A DNA stretch of 43,121 nt, taken from NCBI GenBank assembly GCA_964585895.1, contig CAZPFP010000002.1, positions 1 to 43,121 of the forward strand. Direction: 5' to 3'. Position 1 is the first letter of the stretch; the number at the start of each line of letters is the position of its first letter. The DNA is from an uncultured Gammaproteobacteria bacterium. Its GTDB lineage: Bacteria > Patescibacteriota > Microgenomatia > PFEM01 > JAHIFH01. Below the pieces are notes generated by a model. The model was not told where the DNA came from, made no database searches, and saw nothing but the letters and a program-made list of their open reading frames with translations. Positions 34,107-40,979 of this stretch are shown here, piece by piece. The position numbers and the translations under genes are program-made.

Positions 34107-34628
34107 TTATCTTGTTGGCCAATATTGAAAATCAAGTTGCAAACTTCTTCTTAATCGCCTTGTTGCTTTTTCCCAAATAGATTTGGGTTTAATATTTTTC
34201 AAATGCCAAGCCTCTCCTAGGACTACTTGAGAATCCTGGTATCTCTCAACAATTAACCAGACGCCATCATGACCAGTGGGAAATTGCCACTTCATTATAT
34301 CCCAATGAGATTCTTCTTTTATCCTATCAGGTTCTTTTTCCTTAATGGTTACTTCTATAACCTCCAAATATCTTTCCAGTTCTTCTTCTGTGTTCACCCC
34401 TAAAACTTCTCCAAGGACTGTTCTGAAAACTGTCTCTCTTTTATCTTTAGAAAAAGGTCCCTCACCTGTTGGTAAACGTAATGGAGGGGCCATTAATTTT
34501 TTTCCTCCGTCCCTGAAATCATATGCCAGAATCGTACACACAGAAGAATCACCTGAAATTACCTTTTCAACATTGTTTTGAAGCCACTCTAGTACTGGCT
34601 CTTTTATTCCTATGTCTCTTTCAACCAT
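34107..34628 (-). CDS. Hypothetical protein
   Basis: ORF track, 173 aa, on the coding strand. No motif recognised. Confidence 0.55.
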   Translation of the reverse strand: MVERDIGIKEPVLEWLQNNVEKVISGDSSVCTILAYDFRDGGKKLMAPPLRLPTGEGPFSKDKRETVFRTVLGEVLGVNTEEELERYLEVIEVTIKEKEPDRIKEESHWDIMKWQFPTGHDGVWLIVERYQDSQVVLGEAWHLKNIKPKSIWEKATRRLRRSLQLDFQYWPTR

Positions 34629-34671
34629 AAAAAATACCCTTCCGGGCAGCAGGTTTATTATAGCCTTCCTG

Positions 34672-36537
34672 TCAATTGGTTCCTATTTTTTTCTTACCAA
34701 TCAATTTCTCAAACTCCTCTTCATCGATCGTTTCCTGCTCAAGCAGTTTTTTGGCAATTATATCTAGTTTCTTTTTATTCTTCTTAAGAACCGCCACCGC
34801 TTCTTTATAACCTTCGTCAACAATCCGTTTGATTTCTCTATCAACCTTAGCTTGCGTTTCTGGGCTAATCTCCGTGGGTTGAACCCAGGTTCGTCCATAT
34901 TCAGTCGCTTCAAGTTGAGGACCAAGATAAACCGGACCCAATTCACTCATCCCAAAATCAACCACCATACTTCGGGCGATTCTCGTCGCCTTGTCAATGT
35001 CTGAAGCGGCTCCAGCGGTAAACTCATTAAAAATCATTTCCTCCGCCGCCCGACCGCCAAGTAAAGAGGTAATTGTCTCTAAAAGATGGGATTTTGTCTC
35101 AGTATAACGGTCTTTTTTCGGAGGAATCAGAGTAAAGCCCATGGCTATCCCTCGAGAAACAATCGAAACCCGATGAACTGGGTCCATCTGAGGCAACATA
35201 TGAGTGACAATGGCATGACCGGCTTCATGATAAGCGGTCATTTTTTTCTCTTCGTCTGATTGGAGTCGCTTTTTTTCAGGCCCGAGTTTAACCTTAGTGG
35301 CTGCTTCTTCGATATCATCCATATCAATTATTTTTTTGCTATACCGAGCGGCTAAAATGGCGGCTTCATTCAACATATTTTCAATATCGGCTCCGGAAAA
35401 ACCCACTGTCCTCTTAGCCACTCTTTGCCAAGAAACTCCTTTAACAAACGGTTTACCCCGAGCATGGATTTTGATAATTGCTTCTCTATCTTCAATATCC
35501 GGCATATCTAAAACAATCCGGCGGTCAAACCTACCCGGTCTGGTTAAAGCCGGGTCAAGAAGGTCTGGTCTATTGGTCGCGGAAAGAACGATGACGTTGT
35601 CATTGGGAGTAAAACCATCCATCTCTACTAACATTTGATTTAAAGTCTGTTCTTGTTCGCCATGACCGCCCGCAAAACCGCCTAAACCCCGATGCCGCCC
35701 GATACTCTCAATTTCATCAATAAAAATAATAGAAGGGGCGGCTTTTTTGGCTGTTTCGAAGAGATCACGCATTCTGGCAGAGCCAACTCCGACCAACATT
35801 TCCATAAACTCTGAGCCCGCCATGGAAAAGAAGGGCACTTTAGCTTCACCGGCTATTGCTCTTGCTAATAAAGTTTTTCCTGTCCCCGCTGGACCCACTA
35901 ACAAAACTCCTTTAGGTGTTCGGGCTCCTAAACGGCGATACTTCCCCGGGTGTTTTAAGAAATCAACAATTTCTTCTAGTTCTTTTTTAGCTTCCTCCAC
36001 TCCGGCCACATCATCAAAACTGATTGGTTGTCTGCCTTTGGCAAAAAGTTTAGCTCGAGAACGCCCAAAAGAAAAAATAGAATCTTGGGCTCCCCGAGCC
36101 TGGCGAAAGATAAAGAAGAAAAACAAAATCATTAAGCCAAGGGGCAAAAGAGTGGCCAGAATCTCCACCCAAGCTTTAGAAAAACTGGTGTCTTTAATCT
36201 TTATTTCAACCTCCTCTGGTTTAATCCCCTCTCGCTGGAGAATCTCAGTGAAACTGACCCCAGGTTCCTTGCGTGAAGTTAGAATCTTATCCTCTTCATA
36301 TTTAATATTAAGCTGGTCATCAACTACTTCAATCTCCTTAACTCTATCTTGCTTAATATCACTCATTACTTGGGAAAGAGGAACTTCCTCAGTCTCAGTA
36401 GTTTCACCGCGAAATGAAAACAAAAAAGAGGTAATAATGGCAATTATTAATCCCCAAAAAAGGACGTTTTTGAGATTCAACTTTAGTTTAAATTCAAATT
36501 TTTTATCCGGTTTAAAAAAGATTTTCCTGGGCATCAT
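34672..36537 (-). CDS. ftsH: ATP-dependent zinc metalloprotease FtsH
   Basis: ORF track, 621 aa. It has two N-terminal TM helices, Walker A GPAGTGKT, Walker B IIFIDEID-like and the zinc site HEAGHA. Confidence 0.95.
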   Translation of the reverse strand: MMPRKIFFKPDKKFEFKLKLNLKNVLFWGLIIAIITSFLFSFRGETTETEEVPLSQVMSDIKQDRVKEIEVVDDQLNIKYEEDKILTSRKEPGVSFTEILQREGIKPEEVEIKIKDTSFSKAWVEILATLLPLGLMILFFFFIFRQARGAQDSIFSFGRSRAKLFAKGRQPISFDDVAGVEEAKKELEEIVDFLKHPGKYRRLGARTPKGVLLVGPAGTGKTLLARAIAGEAKVPFFSMAGSEFMEMLVGVGSARMRDLFETAKKAAPSIIFIDEIESIGRHRGLGGFAGGHGEQEQTLNQMLVEMDGFTPNDNVIVLSATNRPDLLDPALTRPGRFDRRIVLDMPDIEDREAIIKIHARGKPFVKGVSWQRVAKRTVGFSGADIENMLNEAAILAARYSKKIIDMDDIEEAATKVKLGPEKKRLQSDEEKKMTAYHEAGHAIVTHMLPQMDPVHRVSIVSRGIAMGFTLIPPKKDRYTETKSHLLETITSLLGGRAAEEMIFNEFTAGAASDIDKATRIARSMVVDFGMSELGPVYLGPQLEATEYGRTWVQPTEISPETQAKVDREIKRIVDEGYKEAVAVLKKNKKKLDIIAKKLLEQETIDEEEFEKLIGKKKIGTN

Positions 36538-37112
36538 TACTTTATTTTCTTACGCATCACAACATTATTATGACGAATAATTTTTTTCCTAGAGTCCGTT
36601 TTAAAAACAGATTCAAAGCCCAATCCTTTCCAAAGAGCTACCGAACCACAAGGGGTTTGATTGAGCGACCTTGGCTTTTCTACCGGATAGACATCAACCG
36701 TTCTGACTCCACGCCGCTTGAGATCGCGAAGAACATTCCTAATCAACCGCTTGGCTAAGCCTTTACCTCGATAATTAGTATCAACGGCAATACAGGTAAT
36801 ACACCAACCATTACGGGGAATCGGGGCGGTATCCTGATAAAAAATTCTCACCGTTTCAAATTCACTAATCGGTCCAAATTGAATATAGCCAACGGATTTT
36901 TGGCGCTTACCCCAAAGAAAAAGCTTACCCAAACTGCCCTCATATTTCTTAGCCCCTCTTACAAACCATTTTTTCTTTTGATTGACTAGATCGAGCTTGC
37001 CATCCATTTTGCACATCCAATAAAAACATTCTTGACAATTATAACGACGGTCAGCTGGGCGAGGAATTTGATCGAAGTTTTTAGCGTCAATGTCAACAAT
37101 TTTTACTTCCAC
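36537..37112 (-). CDS. GNAT-family N-acetyltransferase
   Basis: ORF track, 191 aa, with a GTG start. The acetyl-CoA loop is [14 protein letters not shown], and there is a Cys-rich N-terminus (CQECFYWMC). Confidence 0.75.
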   Translation of the reverse strand: MEVKIVDIDAKNFDQIPRPADRRYNCQECFYWMCKMDGKLDLVNQKKKWFVRGAKKYEGSLGKLFLWGKRQKSVGYIQFGPISEFETVRIFYQDTAPIPRNGWCITCIAVDTNYRGKGLAKRLIRNVLRDLKRRGVRTVDVYPVEKPRSLNQTPCGSVALWKGLGFESVFKTDSRKKIIRHNNVVMRKKIK

Positions 37113-37156
37113 AAGGTGATTTTACCAAATTTTAAGCTTGTTTTCCAGAAGGAGAA

Positions 37157-37486
37157 CTATCTTATAATCGCTCCCGGAGGCAGGTCAGGAGCAGGAACAA
37201 GCACCGCTTTGTTTTCGACTTCGGCACATAAAATCATTCCCTGGCTTTCCTCACCCATCATTTTCTTTGGTTCGAGATTGGTGACAAAGATAAAGTTTTT
37301 GTTGATTAAATCCTCCGGCTGATACCACTCCGCAATTCCCGCCAAAATTGTTCTTGGCTCTTTTTCCCCCAAATCAACTTTCATTTTAATTAGACTATGG
37401 CTTTCAGCAATTTTTTCGGCTTCCAAAACTTTACCAATACGTAAATCTAAACGCTGGAATTCGGAAAAAGAGATAAGATTACTCAT
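37157..37486 (-). CDS. tRNA-binding domain protein (CsaA/Trbp111/MetRS C-terminal-like)
   Basis: ORF track, 109 aa, with LDLRIGKVLEAEK...LEPKKMMGEESQGMIL. It overlaps the trpS stop by 4 nt. Confidence 0.8.
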   Translation of the reverse strand: MSNLISFSEFQRLDLRIGKVLEAEKIAESHSLIKMKVDLGEKEPRTILAGIAEWYQPEDLINKNFIFVTNLEPKKMMGEESQGMILCAEVENKAVLVPAPDLPPGAIIR

Positions 37487-38466
37487 AATAACCCCATTGC
37501 TTCCTTAGCTTCCTGAAGGGTTTGTTTAGCGATTTTCGAACAATATTTTCGCCCTTCCTCAAGAATTTTATCAACCTCTTCAGGGCGCCCTTCATAATAT
37601 TTCCTTCTTTTTTGGATTGGTTTTAATTCTTTATAAATGGCTTCAGCTAATTTATCCTTCAACTCAATATACTTAATTCCCTTACCCAAATATTGTCTCT
37701 CATATGACTGACGAGCTTTCCTACCCATAAATAATTCCACTAGCTTTAGTAAATTAGCCGCTCCGCCTTCTTTAGGAACTTCTCCCCCTTTACCAGTATC
37801 AGTTCGGGCTTTGGTTAACCTTGCTTTAATCGTTTTTAAATCATCAGTCAAAAGAATATGGCTACCTTCAATTGTTTTACTCATCTTTCCTTCTCCAGTT
37901 AAAGAAGGAATATATTCACCTTTAGTGGCAAATCTCTGCGGTTCAGGAAAAATAGGTTTAAACATCCGGTTAAACTTCCGGGCAATTTCCCTCGTCAATT
38001 CCAAATGGGGCTCCTGGTCAACCCCTACAGGCACTAACCCTGCTTTATAAATAAGGATGTCTGCCGCCATCAAGACCGGATAATATAAAAGTCCAAAATT
38101 AACATACTTGGGAAATTGGAGTTTTTTATCCTTATAAGTAGGCAGTTGTTCTAGTCGGGAAACCGGGTAAATTGTCCCAAAAAGATAAGCCAGCTCAACA
38201 TGCTCCGGTACTTGAGATTGAATCATTAAATGACATTTCTTAGGGTCTAAACCGGCACCAAGATAATCTAAAACCACTTCATGAACATCCTGCTGAAGGG
38301 TTTTAGGGTCATAGGGAGTGGTGATGCCATGTAAATCAACCACACCATAAATGCAGTCTAAATCTCCCTTCTCTTGAAGGGCAATGTAGCCTTTAATCCC
38401 GCCGAGATAATTGCCTAAATGCAATCTCCCGGTCGGTCTGGAACCTGAATAAACTCGTTTTTTCAT
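37483..38466 (-). CDS. trpS: Tryptophan--tRNA ligase
   Basis: ORF track, 327 aa. Class I motifs are HLGNYLG (HIGH) and KMSKT (KMSKS). Confidence 0.93.
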   Translation of the reverse strand: MKKRVYSGSRPTGRLHLGNYLGGIKGYIALQEKGDLDCIYGVVDLHGITTPYDPKTLQQDVHEVVLDYLGAGLDPKKCHLMIQSQVPEHVELAYLFGTIYPVSRLEQLPTYKDKKLQFPKYVNFGLLYYPVLMAADILIYKAGLVPVGVDQEPHLELTREIARKFNRMFKPIFPEPQRFATKGEYIPSLTGEGKMSKTIEGSHILLTDDLKTIKARLTKARTDTGKGGEVPKEGGAANLLKLVELFMGRKARQSYERQYLGKGIKYIELKDKLAEAIYKELKPIQKRRKYYEGRPEEVDKILEEGRKYCSKIAKQTLQEAKEAMGLL

Positions 38467-38467
38467 C

Positions 38468-38542
38468 TGGCAGGCCCGCCAGGGCTCGAACCTGGAATAA
38501 GGGTTTTGGAGACCCTCGTGATTCCAATTTCACCACGGGCCT
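38468..38542 (-). tRNA. tRNA-Trp (anticodon CCA), with 3' CCA encoded
   Basis: Hand-folded, 75 nt. Acceptor AGGCCCG/CGGGCCT. D arm GTGA-AATTGGAA-TCAC. Anticodon arm AGGGT-CTCCAAA-ACCCT. T arm CCAGG-TTCGAGC-CCTGG. Discriminator G plus CCA. Confidence 0.9.
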
Positions 38543-38550
38543 ATTTCCAC

Positions 38551-38578
38551 TAAAAAACTCGCCGCCGCTCGGCGAGTT
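38551..38578 (-). terminator. Intrinsic terminator/attenuator hairpin 9 nt upstream of tRNA-Trp
   Basis: Minus strand: AACTCGCCG-AGCGG-CGGCGAGTT (perfect 9-bp stem) running into a six-T run. Confidence 0.65.
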
Positions 38579-38608
38579 AACTTTTAATCCACGCAAACTC
38601 TCCGGCGG

Positions 38609-38668
38609 TTATTTACCGGTTAGTTTACCCCACCAAGAAAGAATTGTTTCCTTGATTTTTTCTAGCAT
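38609..38668 (-). CDS. Candidate 19-aa leader peptide with tandem Trp codons (MLEKIKETILSWWGKLTGK)
   Basis: Hand translation: ATG at 38668, TGG TGG at 38635-38630, TAA at 38611-38609. It starts 7 nt after a -10 box and ends directly at the attenuator segments. Confidence 0.55.
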   Translation of the reverse strand: MLEKIKETILSWWGKLTGK

Positions 38669-38675
38669 TGGGGAT

Positions 38676-38704
38676 ATTTTAACTCAGTTGAGAATTGGTG
38701 TCAA
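38676..38704 (-). promoter_or_regulatory. Sigma70-type promoter for the leader/tRNA-Trp/trpS unit
   Basis: Minus strand: TTGACA (38704-38699), an exact 17-nt spacer, then TAAAAT (38681-38676). Confidence 0.6.
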
Positions 38705-38716
38705 GTATGATAAAAT
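38688..38716 (+). promoter_or_regulatory. Sigma70-type promoter for the plus-strand CAT-tRNA pair
   Basis: TTGAGA (38688-38693), a 17-nt spacer, then TAAAAT (38711-38716). tRNA 1 starts 12 nt downstream. Confidence 0.55.
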
Positions 38717-38727
38717 TGCAGGCAACG

Positions 38728-38797
38728 TGCGGGGTAGTGTACGGTGGCACGTGAGGCTCATAATCTCACAGATCAGGTTCAACCCCTGACCCCGCAA
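38728..38797 (+). tRNA. tRNA with CAT anticodon (Met family; elongator vs initiator not resolved), compact 70 nt
   Basis: Hand-folded. Acceptor TGCGGGG/CCCCGCA. U8 A9. D arm GTGT-ACGGTG-GCAC. Anticodon arm TGAGG-CTCATAA-TCTCA. Variable loop CAGA. T arm TCAGG-TTCAACC-CCTGA. Discriminator A, with no encoded CCA. Confidence 0.65.
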
Positions 38798-38833
38798 CAC
38801 ATTCGACTCGCCCTTTCGGGCTCGCTCAGTGTT

Positions 38834-38875
38834 GTCCTGAGCCACTCGGTCCTGAGCGGTTCGACAGTCCTGAGC
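38834..38875 (+). repeat. Three direct copies of GTCCTGAGC in the inter-tRNA spacer
   Basis: Exact 9-mers at 38834-38842, 38849-38857 and 38867-38875, read directly. Confidence 0.8.
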
Positions 38876-38922
38876 TCACCGTCGAAGGACTCGTGGCCGA
38901 AGGGTTTGTCGAAAGGCAACCA

Positions 38923-38994
38923 GGCAGGGAGTAGGCTGGTGCCTTGGGACGTTTCATAAGCGTCTTTTAGTGGGTTCGAATCCCACCCCTGCTA
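38923..38994 (+). tRNA. tRNA with CAT anticodon (Met family; weak G1-U72 pair and A11:U24 hint at an initiator, not proven)
   Basis: Hand-folded, 72 nt. Acceptor GGCAGGG/CCCTGCT. D arm TAGG-CTGGTGC-CTTG (two wobbles). Anticodon arm GACGT-TTCATAA-GCGTC. T arm GTGGG-TTCGAAT-CCCAC. Position 8 is A, which is unusual. Confidence 0.6.
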
Positions 38995-39008
38995 CTAATT
39001 CTTTACTC

Positions 39009-39356
39009 TTAAAGAAACAGTCTCAGCCACCTCTGCCAATTAGGCAATTCCGGGGCAGGAGTAGAAGTAATTTCTCCAGTCCCACCAACATTGGGGGGCA
39101 AAATAACCACAGTTTCGCCTGGTTTACCCATATTCAACCTGTTTCTTGCCTCTTGCTCAACAAATTCCTCAGATTGATAATAATCTTCCTTCTTTAATAA
39201 TTCCTGATGCTCTTTCTCCAGCTCTTCTAGACGTTGTTGGGCTAGTTCTACCTGGTCTCCAGCCTTGAGTAAGCAGTAAATATTCCTAGAGAGGCTGATT
39301 ATAAGCCCAGTACCAATGATAATTATTGCAATCTTAATTAGGCGATTTCCCTTCAT
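39009..39356 (-). CDS. Septum formation initiator (FtsB/DivIC-like) protein
   Basis: ORF track, 115 aa. It has one N-terminal TM helix, a coiled coil (QQRLEELEKEHQELLKKE), then EFVEQEARNRLNMGKPGETVVI. Confidence 0.75.
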   Translation of the reverse strand: MKGNRLIKIAIIIIGTGLIISLSRNIYCLLKAGDQVELAQQRLEELEKEHQELLKKEDYYQSEEFVEQEARNRLNMGKPGETVVILPPNVGGTGEITSTPAPELPNWQRWLRLFL

Positions 39357-39364
39357 TTTCCCTG

Positions 39365-39393
39365 TTGACAGCCTCTCCTATAGGTGTTATTAT
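39365..39393 (+). promoter_or_regulatory. Sigma70-type promoter of the recombinase gene
   Basis: TTGACA (39365-39370), a 17-nt spacer, then TATTAT (39388-39393). The TTG used as a start by the ORF track is this -35 box. Confidence 0.55.
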
Positions 39394-39412
39394 GGGCTTG
39401 CTGCTCTTAATC

Positions 39413-40276
39413 ATGACTGACGATAAATCACTTACCGCTACCCATAAAAATTTTATAGAGTACCTCAAAAAAAGTGGCAAAGCAACTTCCACTATTTTAG
39501 CATATGGAGCCGATATTGAGCAGTTTATTGAGTTTCTTAATAAAAAACAAATCACCCAAATTACTTCTGTTTCTCAGGAACAAGTTGAAGAGTTTAAAGA
39601 ATCTCTTGATAAGCAAAAATATACGAAAAAATCGATTTCCCGCAAGCTCAACTCCCTAAAAACCTTTTTCCATCACTTTAAAGAAAAGGGTTTTATTGAC
39701 CAGGATCCAGCCGCTTCGGTTGAGCATCCTAAGTATGAAATTAAACCGCCTCGAGTTCTATCTAAAATGGAATACCGAGCCTTACGGGATGCTTGCCGGG
39801 ATGACCTGAGAATGGCGGCGATTATTGAAATCTTTCTTCAGACCGGACTGCGGATTGGCGAACTCGCCAGATTAGAACTTGATGACATTAGTGAAAAAGA
39901 AATTCGAATCCGGGCCTACGAATCTCATCCCGCCAGAATTGTCCCCATTAACCAACCAGCCAAAAAAGCCCTTAACCGCTATTTTGAAGTCAGACCAAAG
40001 ACTAAAAGCCGAGCCGTTTTTATCACTAAAACTGGTCGCCCGGTCTTGGTTAGAAACATTCGCGCTTCAATCAGCCGTTTTTTCCGGATTGCGGGGATTA
40101 AAAAGGCAACCGTTAATGATTTAAGGCATACTTTTATTGTCCACCAAATCTCTTCCGGCACTTCAGTGACCACCGTTCAGCGCTTGGTTGGTCACAAGCG
40201 CCTTTCCACTACGGAAAAATATTTAGAATTGGTTGAAGGCAAAGCGGAAGAGAAAATGAAGTTGGAAGAACTGTAG
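39413..40276 (+). CDS. Tyrosine recombinase, XerC/XerD family
   Basis: ORF track gives 39365-40276. I prefer the ATG at 39413 (MTDDKSLT). An N-terminal SAM-like domain is followed by catalytic elements GLRIGELARL, LRHTF and LVGHKRLSTTEKY. Confidence 0.85.
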   Translation: MTDDKSLTATHKNFIEYLKKSGKATSTILAYGADIEQFIEFLNKKQITQITSVSQEQVEEFKESLDKQKYTKKSISRKLNSLKTFFHHFKEKGFIDQDPAASVEHPKYEIKPPRVLSKMEYRALRDACRDDLRMAAIIEIFLQTGLRIGELARLELDDISEKEIRIRAYESHPARIVPINQPAKKALNRYFEVRPKTKSRAVFITKTGRPVLVRNIRASISRFFRIAGIKKATVNDLRHTFIVHQISSGTSVTTVQRLVGHKRLSTTEKYLELVEGKAEEKMKLEEL

Positions 40277-40285
40277 GAAAGAATT

Positions 40286-40792
40286 ATGACCGTCGAAAAA
40301 ACACTTGATGGGCTTCGCAGATCGGTAATAAAAAAGATGGGTGGTTACGAAACACACCAACTTTCTACCGATGCAGAATTAGAATCTTTTGTACTTTTAC
40401 TCCAAGAATTATTAATAAATGCTGAAGAAGAAGCTAAAATTGTAACCAGAAGGGTTGCCAGCAAACTCTATAATCACCCTCAAATTATTGACGCCTTAAC
40501 CCAACTTGGTCAGAAAGTTGAAATTATTCACTCTGAAGCTCTTCCTTCAGGCATAGGTGATCCAAAAACCACGGAAATTGCCGCTCTGGCTAAAAAAGGA
40601 GTTTTAAAAATGTATTCCTCATCCGAGGAGATAGAATATGATTTTTGGATAGTCGACCAAAACAAAGTTATGTTCGAAGAACCTCTTTTCCAAGGCAGGA
40701 ATTTCGTTCTTTACACTCGACCTTCTGAAATCTTAGCAAGAAGATTCCGAGGACATTTTGATTTTCTAAAAGCAGGCGCCCGCTTAGATTAA
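40286..40792 (+). CDS. Hypothetical protein
   Basis: ORF track, 168 aa, with Shine-Dalgarno AGGAAAG. No motif I can name with confidence. Confidence 0.55.
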   Translation: MTVEKTLDGLRRSVIKKMGGYETHQLSTDAELESFVLLLQELLINAEEEAKIVTRRVASKLYNHPQIIDALTQLGQKVEIIHSEALPSGIGDPKTTEIAALAKKGVLKMYSSSEEIEYDFWIVDQNKVMFEEPLFQGRNFVLYTRPSEILARRFRGHFDFLKAGARLD

Positions 40793-40846
40793 ATTTAAAA
40801 TTAGAGAATTTTGTTAATAATAAATCCGCTTAGAGCGGTTTTTCAG

Positions 40847-40918
40847 TGCGCCCGCTTGGAATTGAACCAAGTACCTGTTGTTTATAAGACAACCGCTCTA
40901 CCAATGAGCTACGGGCGC
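40847..40918 (-). tRNA. tRNA-Ile (anticodon TAT)
   Basis: Hand-folded, 72 nt and canonical. Acceptor GCGCCCG. TA. D arm GCTC-ATTGGTA-GAGC. G26. Anticodon arm GTTGT-CTTATAA-ACAAC. Variable loop AGGTA. T arm CTTGG-TTCAATT-CCAAG. 3' acceptor CGGGCGC, discriminator A. Confidence 0.85.
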
Positions 40919-40924
40919 ATTTTT

Positions 40925-40963
40925 GATTGAAGAATCCCATTCTCACCGTTGAACTACGGGCCC
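40925..40963 (-). pseudogene. Truncated tRNA (5' half only)
   Basis: Minus strand: GGGCCCG TA GTTC AACGGTGA GAAT G GGATT CTTCAAT.., that is acceptor strand, D arm and the 5' side of an anticodon arm. No matching 3' stem, T arm or acceptor follows. It ends 6 nt before tRNA-Ile. Confidence 0.5.
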
Positions 40964-40979
40964 TGATTCAACCCTTTAA

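Noticed and set aside
35747-36580. 277-aa plus-strand ORF
   Set aside because: It is antisense to ftsH, whose motifs ([14 protein letters not shown]) are unambiguous. This is a typical shadow ORF, rich in Ser/Pro/Leu.
38393-38596. 67-aa minus-strand ORF from the track
   Set aside because: It runs through tRNA-Trp and the attenuator hairpin and overlaps the trpS start in another frame, so it is spurious.
38543-38675. T-box riboswitch upstream of trpS
   Set aside because: The leader is only about 115 nt. I could not find a Stem I or specifier-loop architecture, or the conserved T-box sequence (only a loose GGTGG). The small ORF with tandem Trp codons and the competing stems fit leader-peptide attenuation better.
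38744-38959. 71-aa plus-strand ORF from the track (MAREAHNLTDQ...)
   Set aside because: It lies entirely across the two hand-folded tRNAs and their GC-rich spacer. It has no SD and low-complexity Ser/Leu content, so the RNA-gene interpretation explains the sequence better.
38798-38994. tmRNA (SsrA) hypothesis, prompted by GGTTCGACAG in the spacer and a TTCGAAT T-arm with acceptor 3' strand
   Set aside because: The 3' unit folds as a complete tRNA with its own anticodon arm (CAT) and a 5' acceptor strand only 65 nt upstream. I found no resume codon or tag ORF ending in a hydrophobic tail, and the total length is too short.
39365-39412. TTG start at 39365 for the recombinase (ORF track)
   Set aside because: This TTG is the first base of a TTGACA-17-TATTAT promoter, and the extension encodes only a hydrophobic stretch. 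The ATG at 39413 lies downstream of the predicted TSS.
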